64,000 bases of DNA from Moorena sp. SIO3A5 (lineage in GTDB: Bacteria > Cyanobacteriota > Cyanobacteriia > Cyanobacteriales > Coleofasciculaceae). A model generated the notes under the pieces. It had not been told where the DNA came from, did no database searches, and saw only the letters and a list, made by a program, of their open reading frames with translations. The stretch spans positions 31,963 to 95,962 of the forward strand of contig NZ_JAAHHD010000019.1 in assembly GCF_010672205.1 (NCBI RefSeq), read 5' to 3'. Shown piece by piece: positions 1-9,700 of this stretch. Position 1 is the stretch's first letter, and every line of letters starts with the position of its first letter. The translations under genes were made by a program, and so were the position numbers.

Positions 1-480
1 CCGCAATTGATTGACCATAAAGTAGTAATGCTCGGAGGGTAGGGAATCTCCTCCTTAAAAACCCAATCATCAATTAACAGTTGGTGTGTGAACCCAGAAA
101 AATCACTATGCACGAGAAAACGGTACGGTGGGGTTAGAAGTTACCGTAATCAGAGGGTCGCCTTTATAGTTAGTCGGCTATGAGTAAAAAGTTTTAACCT
201 TTGTGATTAAGGCGACCCTCTGATAAGGTTTCGTTTCCGGCACACCGGAACCAAGTGAAAAGGAAGAGAAACGGACTTTTTAAGGCACTTCCTATTAAGT
301 AGCTAAACGCTTAAGGAGAATCGCCCTCTGGGTCTGTCGTGAATTGACTAGGAACTTGGTTTTGACGGGTTTTTGGTTAAGTATTGTCCTATTTTTGGCG
401 GCGTCATAGATAGGAACACGGCGGTTTAAGGCGGCTCGTTGATCTAGGAATCCCCGCGCCTTTAGATCGGGGAGTGTCAA
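1..480 (+). repeat. Copy A of a ~450-bp structured non-coding repeat element (paralogous to 1423-1900); its left end is cut by the window edge. It carries an extra hairpin insertion (cagagggtcgcc...ggcgaccctctg, ~130-235)
   Basis: Blocks align with 1470-1900: gtagtaatgcYcggagggtagggaa, ggtgtgtgaacccag, cggtacggYgggg, ...aaccaNgtgaaaNgNgaagNaacggactt...taagtaRctaaacgc..., and the terminal hairpin aatccccg..ctttaga.cggggagtgtcaa. There is no ORF. Confidence 0.55.
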
Positions 481-1025
481 CGCCACTGAATAGGACTACC
501 AGTTACTTTAGTTGATTGTGTTGAAATCTCTTCCCCTGCTAAAAGAGACGCGATCGCACTGTTTAAGTAATGGGCTTGTACTGCGTCACCATCTTCGGGA
601 TTATCATCAACCGATCCATTATAGCATACAATTCCCTTATGGTCAATTAAAAATGCCTCAGTGGTTTTCTGGGCACCAAAGCTGTGAGCTACATCTTGAG
701 TTGGATCCCAAAGGTAAGGAAAATTCAATTGCTGATCTTGGCAGAACTGCTTCATCTCCTCAAAACTCTCTGCGGGGTACTGATAAACATCATTGGCATT
801 AATGCCCACTAGGGTAAAACCTTGATCTTCAAACTGGTCTTGAATGTGTTTGAGTCTTGGGATGTAGGACTTGACATAGGGGCAGTTGTTGCCTAAGAAA
901 ATAACTCCCACTCCTGAAAAACGTTCTAAGTAACGGCAGAGATGGTGAACCTGCTCATCAGTTCCCGGCAATTCAAAATCCGGAGCATAACTGCCAATGG
1001 TGATGATGATTTTTTCTATAGTCAT
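477..1025 (-). CDS. thioredoxin-fold thiol-disulfide oxidoreductase (redoxin/TlpA-AhpC family)
   Basis: 182-aa ORF with the APDFELPG...VIFLGNNCPYV redoxin signature. The 3' end overlaps the end of repeat copy A. Confidence 0.7.
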   Translation of the reverse strand: MTIEKIIITIGSYAPDFELPGTDEQVHHLCRYLERFSGVGVIFLGNNCPYVKSYIPRLKHIQDQFEDQGFTLVGINANDVYQYPAESFEEMKQFCQDQQLNFPYLWDPTQDVAHSFGAQKTTEAFLIDHKGIVCYNGSVDDNPEDGDAVQAHYLNSAIASLLAGEEISTQSTKVTGSPIQWR

Positions 1026-1387
1026 GGGTGATGGGTGATGGGTGATGGATCATGGGTCAACCCCCTTTACAATGCAAGCTTTGGTTAAGGGGAGATGATG
1101 CGATCGCTAATTAGCTCATAGACGAATTTAGCATCAAGGGTAAATTTCCCGACCCAATTCTTAATCGAGCCTATTCCACCTGCTCAGAATCTAAAAGAGC
1201 TTCTGGAGCATTTTGCCAACCTTCACCATAGGTTGTCGCGGCTCAATAGGCAATCCGTAAAATCACCACTCCTGCAGCTGACTATTTACTAGAAAACTAA
1301 ACACTGAAAGCCCGGCATCTTTAGATTAGATCGGGGATGAAAGTGACCAGCGAGTTTAGTCGCCGTAAAAAAACTTCTATCAAGAGG

Positions 1388-1416
1388 TTGTCGCTACATT
1401 AGCGCCATAGTATAAT
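1388..1416 (+). promoter_or_regulatory. consensus sigma70-like promoter (TTGTCG-N17-TATAAT) heading repeat copy B
   Basis: -35 box at 1388-1393, 17-nt spacer, TATAAT at 1411-1416. A ~60-bp module including this promoter is shared with the promoter upstream of the tnpB-like gene at 2511-2560. Confidence 0.5.
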
Positions 1417-1422
1417 TGAAGT

Positions 1423-1900
1423 ATAGGGTACAGGCTGAAAAACCGCAGGCTGAGCCGGGAGAGAGACCCGTAACTTACCGACCTGAAAGTAGTAATGCCC
1501 GGAGGGTAGGGAAAATCCTCCTTTCTTGATGCAGTCGCTCATGGGGGAAACCCCCAAGACCGCGCTGCATCGCTAAAAACCCAACCATCGACTACCAATC
1601 GGTGTGTGAACCCAGCAAGACAAAACTTGAGAAAACAACGGTACGGCGGGGCACGCCGAAACCAGGTGAAACAGGGAAGCAACGGACTTGATAAGGCACT
1701 TCTCAATAAGTAACTAAACGCCCAAGGAGATTAGCCCGCTGGGTCTTTTGTGAGCTAAACTCAAACCTTGGTTTTGACGGGGCTTTGGTTTAGATATTGC
1801 TTAGTTTTTGGCAGCTTCAAAGATTAAGACACAAAGGTTTAAGGCCGATCGTAGATCTGGGAATCCCCGTCTCTTTAGAGCGGGGAGTGTCAAAAAATGT
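1423..1900 (+). ncRNA. Copy B of the ~450-bp structured repeat element, probably transcribed from the promoter at 1388-1416. It contains an inserted small hairpin repeat (gatgcagtcgctcatgggggaaacccccaagaccgcgctgcatc, ~1520-1565)
   Basis: No ORF; about 75% identity to copy A in conserved blocks; ends in the hairpin ccccgtctctttagagcgggg; sits directly downstream of a consensus promoter. Confidence 0.4.
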
Positions 1901-2510
1901 AAAGGTAACGCTATGGCATAACTTGGGATTTTTTGATCATGTCCTCCTCTTTCACAGCCCCAATCAGGGATCAGATTGAAACAAAAACCTGGATTTGGCA
2001 GGGCTTTTCTATTGGGTATAAAGCTTACGGTCATTCTGGACCAGCTGTGGTTATGGTCCATGGCTTTGGGGCATCTTCCGGACATTGGCGCAAGACCTTG
2101 CCAGTGTTGGGGGAAACCTGCCGATGTTATGCCATTGATTTGATTGGCTTTGGGGCTTCAGCTAAACCGACTCCTGGTATAGAAATAGACTACACCTTTG
2201 AAACCTGGGGGCAACAAATTGCCGATTTCTGTCGGGAGGTGGTTGGTGGTCCGGCGTTTTTAGTCGGAAACTCTATTGGTTGTATTGCGCTGATGCAAAC
2301 CGCTGTAGATAATCCAGAGCTAGCCAAAGGAGTCGCCCTGCTCAACTTTTCTCTACGACTACTCCATGAGCGTAAACGGGCTGAACTGCCTTGGTATCAG
2401 CGTCTTGGCGCACCACTACTTCAACGATTCTTAAAGATTAAGTGGGTTGGCCTCGCATTTAGACCCCTAAAAATAGGGATAAATCGGTATTTAATACCAC
2501 AATTCGGACA

Positions 2511-2539
2511 TTGACATTTTACTAGCGCTAGAGTATAAT
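2511..2539 (+). promoter_or_regulatory. consensus sigma70 promoter TTGACA-N17-TATAAT driving the tnpB-like gene
   Basis: TTGACA at 2511-2516, 17-nt spacer, TATAAT at 2534-2539. The -35, spacer, -10 and ~20 nt downstream are homologous to 1388-1440. Confidence 0.55.
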
Positions 2540-2564
2540 TGAAGTGTAGGATTCAGACCTAACT

Positions 2565-4022
2565 ATGCCCAAGAAAGTAGACACAGCAAAAAAGAGATCA
2601 ACTCAAATCGTTCCTGTCATAGGGATGAGTGAGTTGGTTCAGGCTGAGTTGCTGTCTACCATGAAAAAACTGGGCATCGTCAGGTCTGAATCCTACAACA
2701 AGCTAGGTAGTATTAGTCATTGGGGTCTTGATTGGAAAAAAGCCTATCCAGAGGTCAGAAGTTTTAGGACTCCTGATACCCTGGGACTGCCAGCGAAATT
2801 GATGGAATGGACGGTCAGTGATGTAGCAAAAGCTATCACAGCTCAGCAGGCAGCTTGCACTGATGCGGTAATTAAGAAGATTTACAAAAAATTTCCAGGG
2901 AGGGACGGCCAAAGGAGAAGAAAGGAACTTTGTAAACAGCTTAAGACTTTAGCTTTTATAGATGATCCATTGCTGCATAGACTTGTTAGGAAGGAATTTC
3001 AGCGAGGGCATTCCTGGGTCAAGAATCAGATAGTCTATCAACAAGTAGGATATAAGTGCAAAAGGCTCTCTCGTAATACTTACCAACTAGAGTTGGCTGG
3101 ATTGAGGAGAGGAAAGAGAAACAAAATAACCGTTAGGTCTAATCGGAAAATAAAAGGCCAGATTAGACTGGTATACAAGCAACTCTTGGGAAAGTTTGAG
3201 ATTCACTTTTTAGTAGACTATGGCACCGTAGAAATCCCTGCCAACCGTCGAGCTATTGGGGTAGACAAGGGGTACACAGAGGCTTTTTATGATTCAGATG
3301 GTCAGGCACACGGAAAAAACTTAGGAAAAGTAGCAACCAATAAATCGGATCGCATCTGTGCAAAAAACCGCAACAGAGGGAAGCTTTGGGCGCTTCATAG
3401 AAAACTAGAAAAAATCGACCCAGCCAAGTCGGCTCGAATACTCAAAAATAACCTAAGTAGAAAAACTGAAAATCGCCGATACAGAAAAAATCAATCAGAG
3501 ATTACGGCCATAATAGGAGCCGCATCTAAGTCCCTTTTTAATGGGGAATCATTAAAAGTATTTGCCGAAAATTTAACACAGCCGATTAGAAATAAACGCC
3601 AGTCTAAGGCCATGTCCCGTAAACTTAATAGTTGGATGAAAGGAGTAATGCGGGAATCCTTGCAGAAATGGGCTAATTGGACTGGCTCGGTTGTAACAGA
3701 AGTCCAGCCTAGCTACACGTCGCAAGTTGACTCCGTAACTGGAACCCTATTAGGGAAAAGGAGCGGGGACAATTTTACCAGATTCAATGGGGTCGTGTTG
3801 CAGGCTGACCACAATGCTGCCAAAAATGTCCTTAGCAGAGGTACGGACAAGGATATCACCCGGTATATGAGTAAAACTGAGGTGCAGGCAGTATTGTTGC
3901 GCCGTACCGCGCGTTTCTTGGAAGGTATGGGACTGAGTCTGCTAGATGCAGTTGAGCTTGGATGGCTTGACTGCAAGCATAGTAAAACTCGGGCTTTCAA
4001 GCAACTCCTCAACGGGATTTGA
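2565..4022 (+). CDS. tnpB: TnpB-family (OrfB, RuvC-like) protein of 485 aa with a degenerate zinc finger
   Basis: RuvC-I IGVDKG, RuvC-II VFAENL and RuvC-III ADHNAAKNV motifs are present. The segment between RuvC-II and RuvC-III (SYTSQVDSVTG...FTRFNG) has the spacing of the TnpB CxxC...CxxC zinc finger but no cysteines. Confidence 0.6.
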   Translation: MPKKVDTAKKRSTQIVPVIGMSELVQAELLSTMKKLGIVRSESYNKLGSISHWGLDWKKAYPEVRSFRTPDTLGLPAKLMEWTVSDVAKAITAQQAACTDAVIKKIYKKFPGRDGQRRRKELCKQLKTLAFIDDPLLHRLVRKEFQRGHSWVKNQIVYQQVGYKCKRLSRNTYQLELAGLRRGKRNKITVRSNRKIKGQIRLVYKQLLGKFEIHFLVDYGTVEIPANRRAIGVDKGYTEAFYDSDGQAHGKNLGKVATNKSDRICAKNRNRGKLWALHRKLEKIDPAKSARILKNNLSRKTENRRYRKNQSEITAIIGAASKSLFNGESLKVFAENLTQPIRNKRQSKAMSRKLNSWMKGVMRESLQKWANWTGSVVTEVQPSYTSQVDSVTGTLLGKRSGDNFTRFNGVVLQADHNAAKNVLSRGTDKDITRYMSKTEVQAVLLRRTARFLEGMGLSLLDAVELGWLDCKHSKTRAFKQLLNGI

Positions 4023-4549
4023 GGAACGTCCAGAAAGATAAGTGGCAGGCTTGACTCCAATTGCTGAATGACCACTTCTCACTCGGACCACAATAGATTG
4101 AACCTTGACCGTTTTGTACCGGATTATCACGATTTATTACGGTTTAAGAGTATCCCAGTATTTTTTTAGTCAGCTGGCTAAGCCTAAAGTAGTGCGTAAT
4201 ATTCTGTTGCAAGCCTACTGTCGTCCAGAAGCCGTCACTGATGAACTGGTTGATCTAATCATGGCACCAGCAGCTGATCCCGGTGCAGCTGATGTTTTTA
4301 TTGCCTTTACTAGCTATTCTCAAGGACCACTACCAGAAGACCTGATCCCAATTTTGCCTTGTCCTGCGATCATACTATGGGGCAGCAAAGACCCCTGGGA
4401 ACCCATTGACTTGGGACGAGAATTAGCGAAATTCCCCACTGTAGAAAAGTTTATTCCTTTAGAAGGTTTGGGTCATTGTCCCCAAGATGAAGCACCAGAG
4501 ATAGTCAACCCGATTTTGCTCAATTGGATTGGGGAAAATCCGGTTTAAG

Positions 4550-5075
4550 GTTAGCTGGTTGAAGGTTATTAAAGGGTTGAAAGTTAGCTGGTTGAAGGTT
4601 GAAGGTTAGCTGGTTGAAGGTTGAAGGTTAGCTAGTTGAAGGTTTAAGGTTTAGTAAGCATTCAGCTATCAGCTCTCAGCTATCAGCTCTCAGCTATCAG
4701 CTCTCAGCTCACAGCTATCAGCTATCAGCTCTCAGCTCTCAGCTATCAGCTATCAGCTCTCAGCTCTCAGCTTTTGAATAAAATAAGCTGACGGCTGACT
4801 GCTGACTGCTGACAGGTAGTAGGGTGGGCAAATACCAAGCCAATGACCATTTAATCTGGAATTCTGTCATTTGCCCACCCTACAATAACTATAGCTTTTG
4901 AATAAAATAAGCTGACGGCTGACCGCTGACGGCTGACCGCTGACGGCTGAATGCTTACAAGGTTTAATGTTGAAGGTTACCCAGTTGAAGGTTTAAGGTT
5001 TAATGTTGAAGGTTACCCAGTTGAAGGTTTAAGGTTTAATGTTGAAGGTTACCCAGTTGAAGGTTGAGTTAACAA
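4550..5075. repeat. STRR-type repeat island. It holds gttgaaggtt-type repeats, a CAGCTAT/CAGCTCT heptamer array, a CTGACGG heptamer array, a central 15-bp-stem hairpin (tagggtgggcaaat...atttgcccacccta), and a 32-bp unit x3 (ggtttaatgttgaaggttacccagttgaaggtttaa)
   Basis: Direct reading of the sequence. The whole is bracketed by the inverted GTAAGCATTCAGC (4656) and GCTGAATGCTTAC (4948). Confidence 0.85.
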
Positions 5076-5196
5076 CAATCGCGATCGCAAATCCGCCAAC
5101 ACCCCCCCAACTAACCTAACATTCAACCTTGGCCTTTCGGCCACGCTACGCGAACAACCCTTTAACAACCTTCAACCCTTTAACAACCTTCAACCT

Positions 5197-6024
5197 TCAA
5201 CTATCCTTAACTGGTACCAGCTCTAATTGATAGCGATAGAGAGCCACAGGTTTTTCCAATGCTTTAAAGTAATCGGGGTCTTGTGGTGAAAGGTAAACCG
5301 CTGTGACTTGGTCAGCTTTAATGATCGGAGTAGGTGATTTATGGAACTGATATGCTGTTGTGGTTTCTACTTCGTTGAAAAAAGGTCGGCGAGTACCGCG
5401 AAAGACTTGGTTGACAACTTCTGTAGCATTGAACTGATCCGGAGCTGGTATTTCAGAAGCACGTCCAGTAATCACCGAAACTAGTTGGCTCCCGGTGCGC
5501 AGAATGGTAATCTGACGATTAGGGGAATTGGGGTCTACTTTGACGGCTCTAATTATGCGATCGCCTAAGTAAGCCCTAGCAATATTCAACCCATTGAACG
5601 CTCGGTCAGCAACCACCTCTTCAGCAACCACCTCTGAGGTAGGTTTTAATACTGATCGATTTTTTCTAGAACGTCGAGTTCTAAACGGAATAAACCAATC
5701 CCCAAGCCCTGAGCTTGATTTCCCAACTTGTTGAAACCGCACCAGAAAACTAATTGGTTCTTTTAGATGACTGCGATTACCTTCAAATCCTGGTGTCACT
5801 ATTTCTGGTGCTAGAGGTGCTATCTGCTCGATCAGGGTGCTGGTAACTTTCCAAGTTCCCTTCATCCAAGTGGGATATACCAAATCCCCGGTCGCCGCTG
5901 TGACTGGTGGTTTGCTTTTCCAATCGGGAAACTGACCTAAACGCTCAGCTAACTCTCCTGCCTGAGCCTCACCACCAGCCAGAAGCAAGGTTAAAACCAG
6001 ACATAATCCCAGAATTCTTCTCAA
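5197..6024 (-). CDS. hypothetical secreted protein (N-terminal signal peptide)
   Basis: 275-aa ORF with the hydrophobic N-terminus MRRILGLCLVLTLLLAGGEAQA. Confidence 0.5.
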   Translation of the reverse strand: MRRILGLCLVLTLLLAGGEAQAGELAERLGQFPDWKSKPPVTAATGDLVYPTWMKGTWKVTSTLIEQIAPLAPEIVTPGFEGNRSHLKEPISFLVRFQQVGKSSSGLGDWFIPFRTRRSRKNRSVLKPTSEVVAEEVVADRAFNGLNIARAYLGDRIIRAVKVDPNSPNRQITILRTGSQLVSVITGRASEIPAPDQFNATEVVNQVFRGTRRPFFNEVETTTAYQFHKSPTPIIKADQVTAVYLSPQDPDYFKALEKPVALYRYQLELVPVKDS

Positions 6025-6538
6025 ACCAAAATTCCTCTCACCTTAGACTGTTCAGCTATCTTGCCCGTAAGGCAGGTCGCCCCATCTAATCAAGAATCAA
6101 AGCAAGAGGGGAGTGCTGACCATTACCATTTTAACTTTGGGTGTCTGCGCTATCGGTGTTTCCACTGAGATATCCTTTTAGATATTCTTTAGCCTAATCT
6201 AGGGCTAACTGTCAAGTATAGTTCACTCTCGCGAGAACTGTCCAAAATTTGTAGAGTTCTTCCTAATCAATAGATTTTACTTAATTTTATTTCAATTCCT
6301 GGTAATTAAAAATTATTCTAATCGGCTTACCATAAGATAGCTTTAAACTATGTGGCTATATCAAAAATATTTAGTGAAGTTAATATAAATTAACGGGAAC
6401 AAAGTTAATCAGTAATGTTCATAATAAAAGAGTATATATAATACTAGTGTATATACTTAGATCTTCATAAAGGCTTCAAAATTTCAGTTAAGCTCACCAG
6501 CCTGATGTTTACCAAACCCTGACTCAGAGTAGTATTCC

Positions 6539-6598
6539 CCTCAGTAGTGTCATTCAGTGTCATTCAGTGTCATTCAGTGTCATTCAGTGTCATTCACT
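6539..6598. repeat. 10-bp tandem repeat (agtgtcattc) x5
   Basis: Perfect tandem copies read directly. Confidence 0.9.
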
Positions 6599-6780
6599 CC
6601 TAAGCAGCTTATACCCCACAGTGCATCTGACCCCAGCTAAAAATAAAGACGTATTAGGAAATAGCTGATCTAAACCTGTAGTTGACTAATGCCTTTTGTA
6701 ATTCAGGTGCCCTTGACCTTGGCGAATTAAATTCGCCAAGGGTCGCACCTCAGGATAGCCGATTAAAAACGATATTACCC

Positions 6781-9700
6781 ATGAGCCAAATCAAATTAGC
6801 TGTGAGTCGCATCAGCCAGTCTCTGGCAGCCGTGTCTTTGTTGGTAGCCCATATTGGTGTCATGCCAACTCAAGCACAGCCTATTCCAGCCAATGATGGC
6901 ACTCAGACCCAAGTCACCTCCGATGGCAATCAATTTGACATTGATGGTGGAACCCCCTCTGGAGATAATCTCTTTCACAGCTTTGAGGAGTTTGGTCTAG
7001 ACCAAGACCAAATTGCTAACTTCCTATCTCAACCGGGTATAAAAAACATTCTGAGTCGGGTCACCAGTCGTAATGCTTCTGTGATCAACGGTCTGATAAA
7101 AATCACAGGGGAGGGCAACCCTAACCTGTTTTTAATGAACCCAGCAGGCATAATTTTTGGTGCTAATAGCCAGCTGGATGTCCCCGGTTCATTCACCGCA
7201 ACTACGGCCACCAGCATTGGCTTTGGTGATGAGAATTGGTTTAATGCCTTTGGTGACAATGACTACTCTACCTTAGACGGTACACCCAGTGCCTTTGCGT
7301 TTGGAACATCCGAGACACCAGGACTAATTTTTAATGAGGGTATAGAAATCCTAGCAGGAAATAACCTGACTTTAATCGGTGGTACTGTCATTAATACCAA
7401 TCAACTGGAGCTTCCAGAAGGAACAATTACTATAGCTGCTGTGCCTGGGGAAAGTTTGGTAAAAATTAGCCAGCAAGGACTGTTGCTGAATTTGGAAGTT
7501 GAAGCCCTAACCTCAGATCCTTCCACAGCAGAACAATCTTTTACACCGCTCTCTTTAGCGGAGCTATTAACCGGGGATGGTGTCAGTCATGCCACAGAAT
7601 TTACGGATAATGGTGATGACACCGTGACCTTGACTGGTTCTGGCATCACTATAGCGCCTGGGGATGTAACTGCTAAGGACATAACAGCACAAAGGGCAAT
7701 CCTGTCTGCCAACAATAACCTGACTGTTTCTGCCAACAATGACCTGACTCTGAGCGCAAGCCAGCTATCTAGCAAGAACACCACCCTGTCTGCCAACAAT
7801 GACCTGACTCTGAGTGCAAGCCAGATATCTAGCGATAACATTACCCTGTCTGCCAACAACAACCTGAATTTGAGCGAAAGCCAGCTATCCAGCACTAAGG
7901 ACTTAACCTTATTAGCAAAAGAGACGGTGCTGATCAGGGACACAACAGATAATTCCTTCCAAGCGGTAGCAGAAGGAAACCTCAAGATTCAGGGGGATGG
8001 GGGCATTGATATCCAAGCACTGAACAATCCCGACACCCGCTTCCAGAGTGGTGGCGACCTGACGTTAGTCAGTGCCACCAATGGCAAGATCTCTACAGAT
8101 GCTCACTTTGCCAGTGGCGGTAATTTCTCAATTGAAAATTTAGCTGGTCAACCACGTGACTTTGTTAGCCTCCAAGACCCAATTATCACTGCTGACGGGG
8201 ATGTTACGTTTGGGGATTACACAGGGTCTTCTCTTAAAGTAGAGTCCACAGGAAATATTGAAGCTGGAAATATCAAAATCACCGCACCAGATACTGGGCT
8301 AGCTGATTTAGACCCAGATTCAGCTTCAGATATTGGCCAATCAGATATTAACACTTTAAAAACTAGTCGTGCTGTGATTTTGAGGGCGGGCTTGAGTAAA
8401 GATGAATTGACCAATCCAGTTACGGACAATTCTGGAGATGCTTCATCTCAAGTTACGGACAATTCTGGAGATGCTTCATCAGGCAGTATCACCATTGGTA
8501 ATATCGACACCAGTGTTAATCCTGTTAATTCTACTAATGATGGTCCTGTAATTGAGGGTAATGCTGGTCCTGTAATCTTATCGGCTCAAGGTGACATTAT
8601 TTTTCGCAGCAATAGTGATGGTACAAATAATGATTTTACCCAAATAAGAACGACAGAAAGAAATGGTAATAATTCTGGTAATGTATTTTTGGAAACCAAA
8701 GAAGGCAGTATTAGGATAGAGGGAGTAGGACTCGATATCAATACTGAGGTTTCAGGCGGTGATAAGGGTGGTAAAGTAACGTTTCAGGTTCCAAATTTAA
8801 ATAATATCGTAGATATTATCGACTCTGGTAAGTTGCAACTCAGGACAAGAGCTCGGGGTAGTGGTGATGCTGGTGATGTAGAGTTTGTTAGTCAGCAAGA
8901 GATCAGCCCAGAGCAGGAACAACAAATAAGAGATCAAATCCAGGAAGATGTGCGGGCTTTCGGTGAAGGGGATATAGGTGATTTGATTTTTAGCCGTTTT
9001 CCCACAGATACTAATACAGAAGAGGAAACAAACCAACAAAACGACACAAACCAACAAGAAGAAACAGACCTTATAGAAGAAACCGACCTTATAGACACTG
9101 GTGAAACCGACCTTATAGACACTGGTGAAACCGACCTTATAGACACTGGTGAAACCGACCTTATAGACACTGGTGAAACCGACCTTATAGACACTGGTGA
9201 AACCGACCCTAAACTTAACCCTGAGCCTAGCTTGGGCGAAGGTAATGAAATTGTTAATGAAACATCCCCTGACACAAGTAAGCCCAACGATGGAGACGGT
9301 GGTAGCCAGCCTCCCGTTTCCCCCTCTGACAAGACTATAAGTGACACGCCAGAACCCTCTAGTTCAGACCCTGGTAGTTCAGACCCTGGTAGTTCAGACC
9401 CTGGTAGTTCAGACCCTGGTAGTTCAGACCCTGGTAGTTCAGACCCTGGTAGTTCAGACCCTGGTAGTTCAGACCCTGGTAGTTCAGACCCTGGTAGTTC
9501 AGAACCTGGAACCCCTACTGCGTCATCTCAATCAAATTCCCCAACTGAGGAGGTCTCACCTGAAAGTGACCCAGTTTATTTAATTGAAGAAGCCTTCACC
9601 AAAGAATATGAATCACACTTTCAGCGACCGTTCAAGACCAAAATCAACACTCAGAATGATGTCCGCAATCGGACTCGGGAGCTTGAGAGGGAGACAGGGC

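Larger units (their letters stand above)
2463..4165 (+). mobile_element. tnpB-only IS200/IS605-family-like insertion (IS1341-like organisation), boundaries approximate
   Basis: The insert interrupts the hydrolase reading frame. It carries its own consensus promoter and a single TnpB-family ORF. There is no tnpA. Confidence 0.55.
1933..4548 (+). pseudogene. alpha/beta-fold hydrolase gene split by a mobile-element insertion. The N-terminal part (1933 to ~2462) has HGFGAS...GNSIGC motifs. The C-terminal part (~4165-4548) carries the SQLAKPKVVRNILLQAY...ILWGSKDPW...GHCPQDE region
   Basis: Two ORFs (193 aa and 147 aa) together reconstitute a typical alpha/beta hydrolase with the nucleophile elbow G-N-S-I-G and a C-terminal His motif. 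They are separated by a 1.7-kb insertion carrying the tnpB-like gene. Confidence 0.7.

Noticed and set aside
512-802. 96-aa ORF antisense to the redoxin gene, plus the many other 60-100-aa antisense ORFs inside ffh, the PCATs, HlyD, the kinase and others
   Set aside because: They sit inside well-supported genes on the opposite strand. They have no motifs or unusual composition.
1423-1900. Possibility that the ~450-bp repeat is RNase P RNA, tmRNA, a group II intron or a cobalamin riboswitch
   Set aside because: It lacks the GGAAAGUCCGGGCUCC P4 region, the tmRNA tag reading frame and GGUUCGAUUCC terminus, and group II domain V. Only a fortuitous gccactg is present for the B12 box, without the rest of the riboswitch core. 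Two diverged copies with different insertions argue for a repeat element.
8934-9583. ORFs 8934-9347(-), 9341-9583(+) and 7587-7985(-) with repetitive peptide sequences
   Set aside because: They are alternative-frame readings of the tandem DNA repeats inside the CHAT-protein gene.
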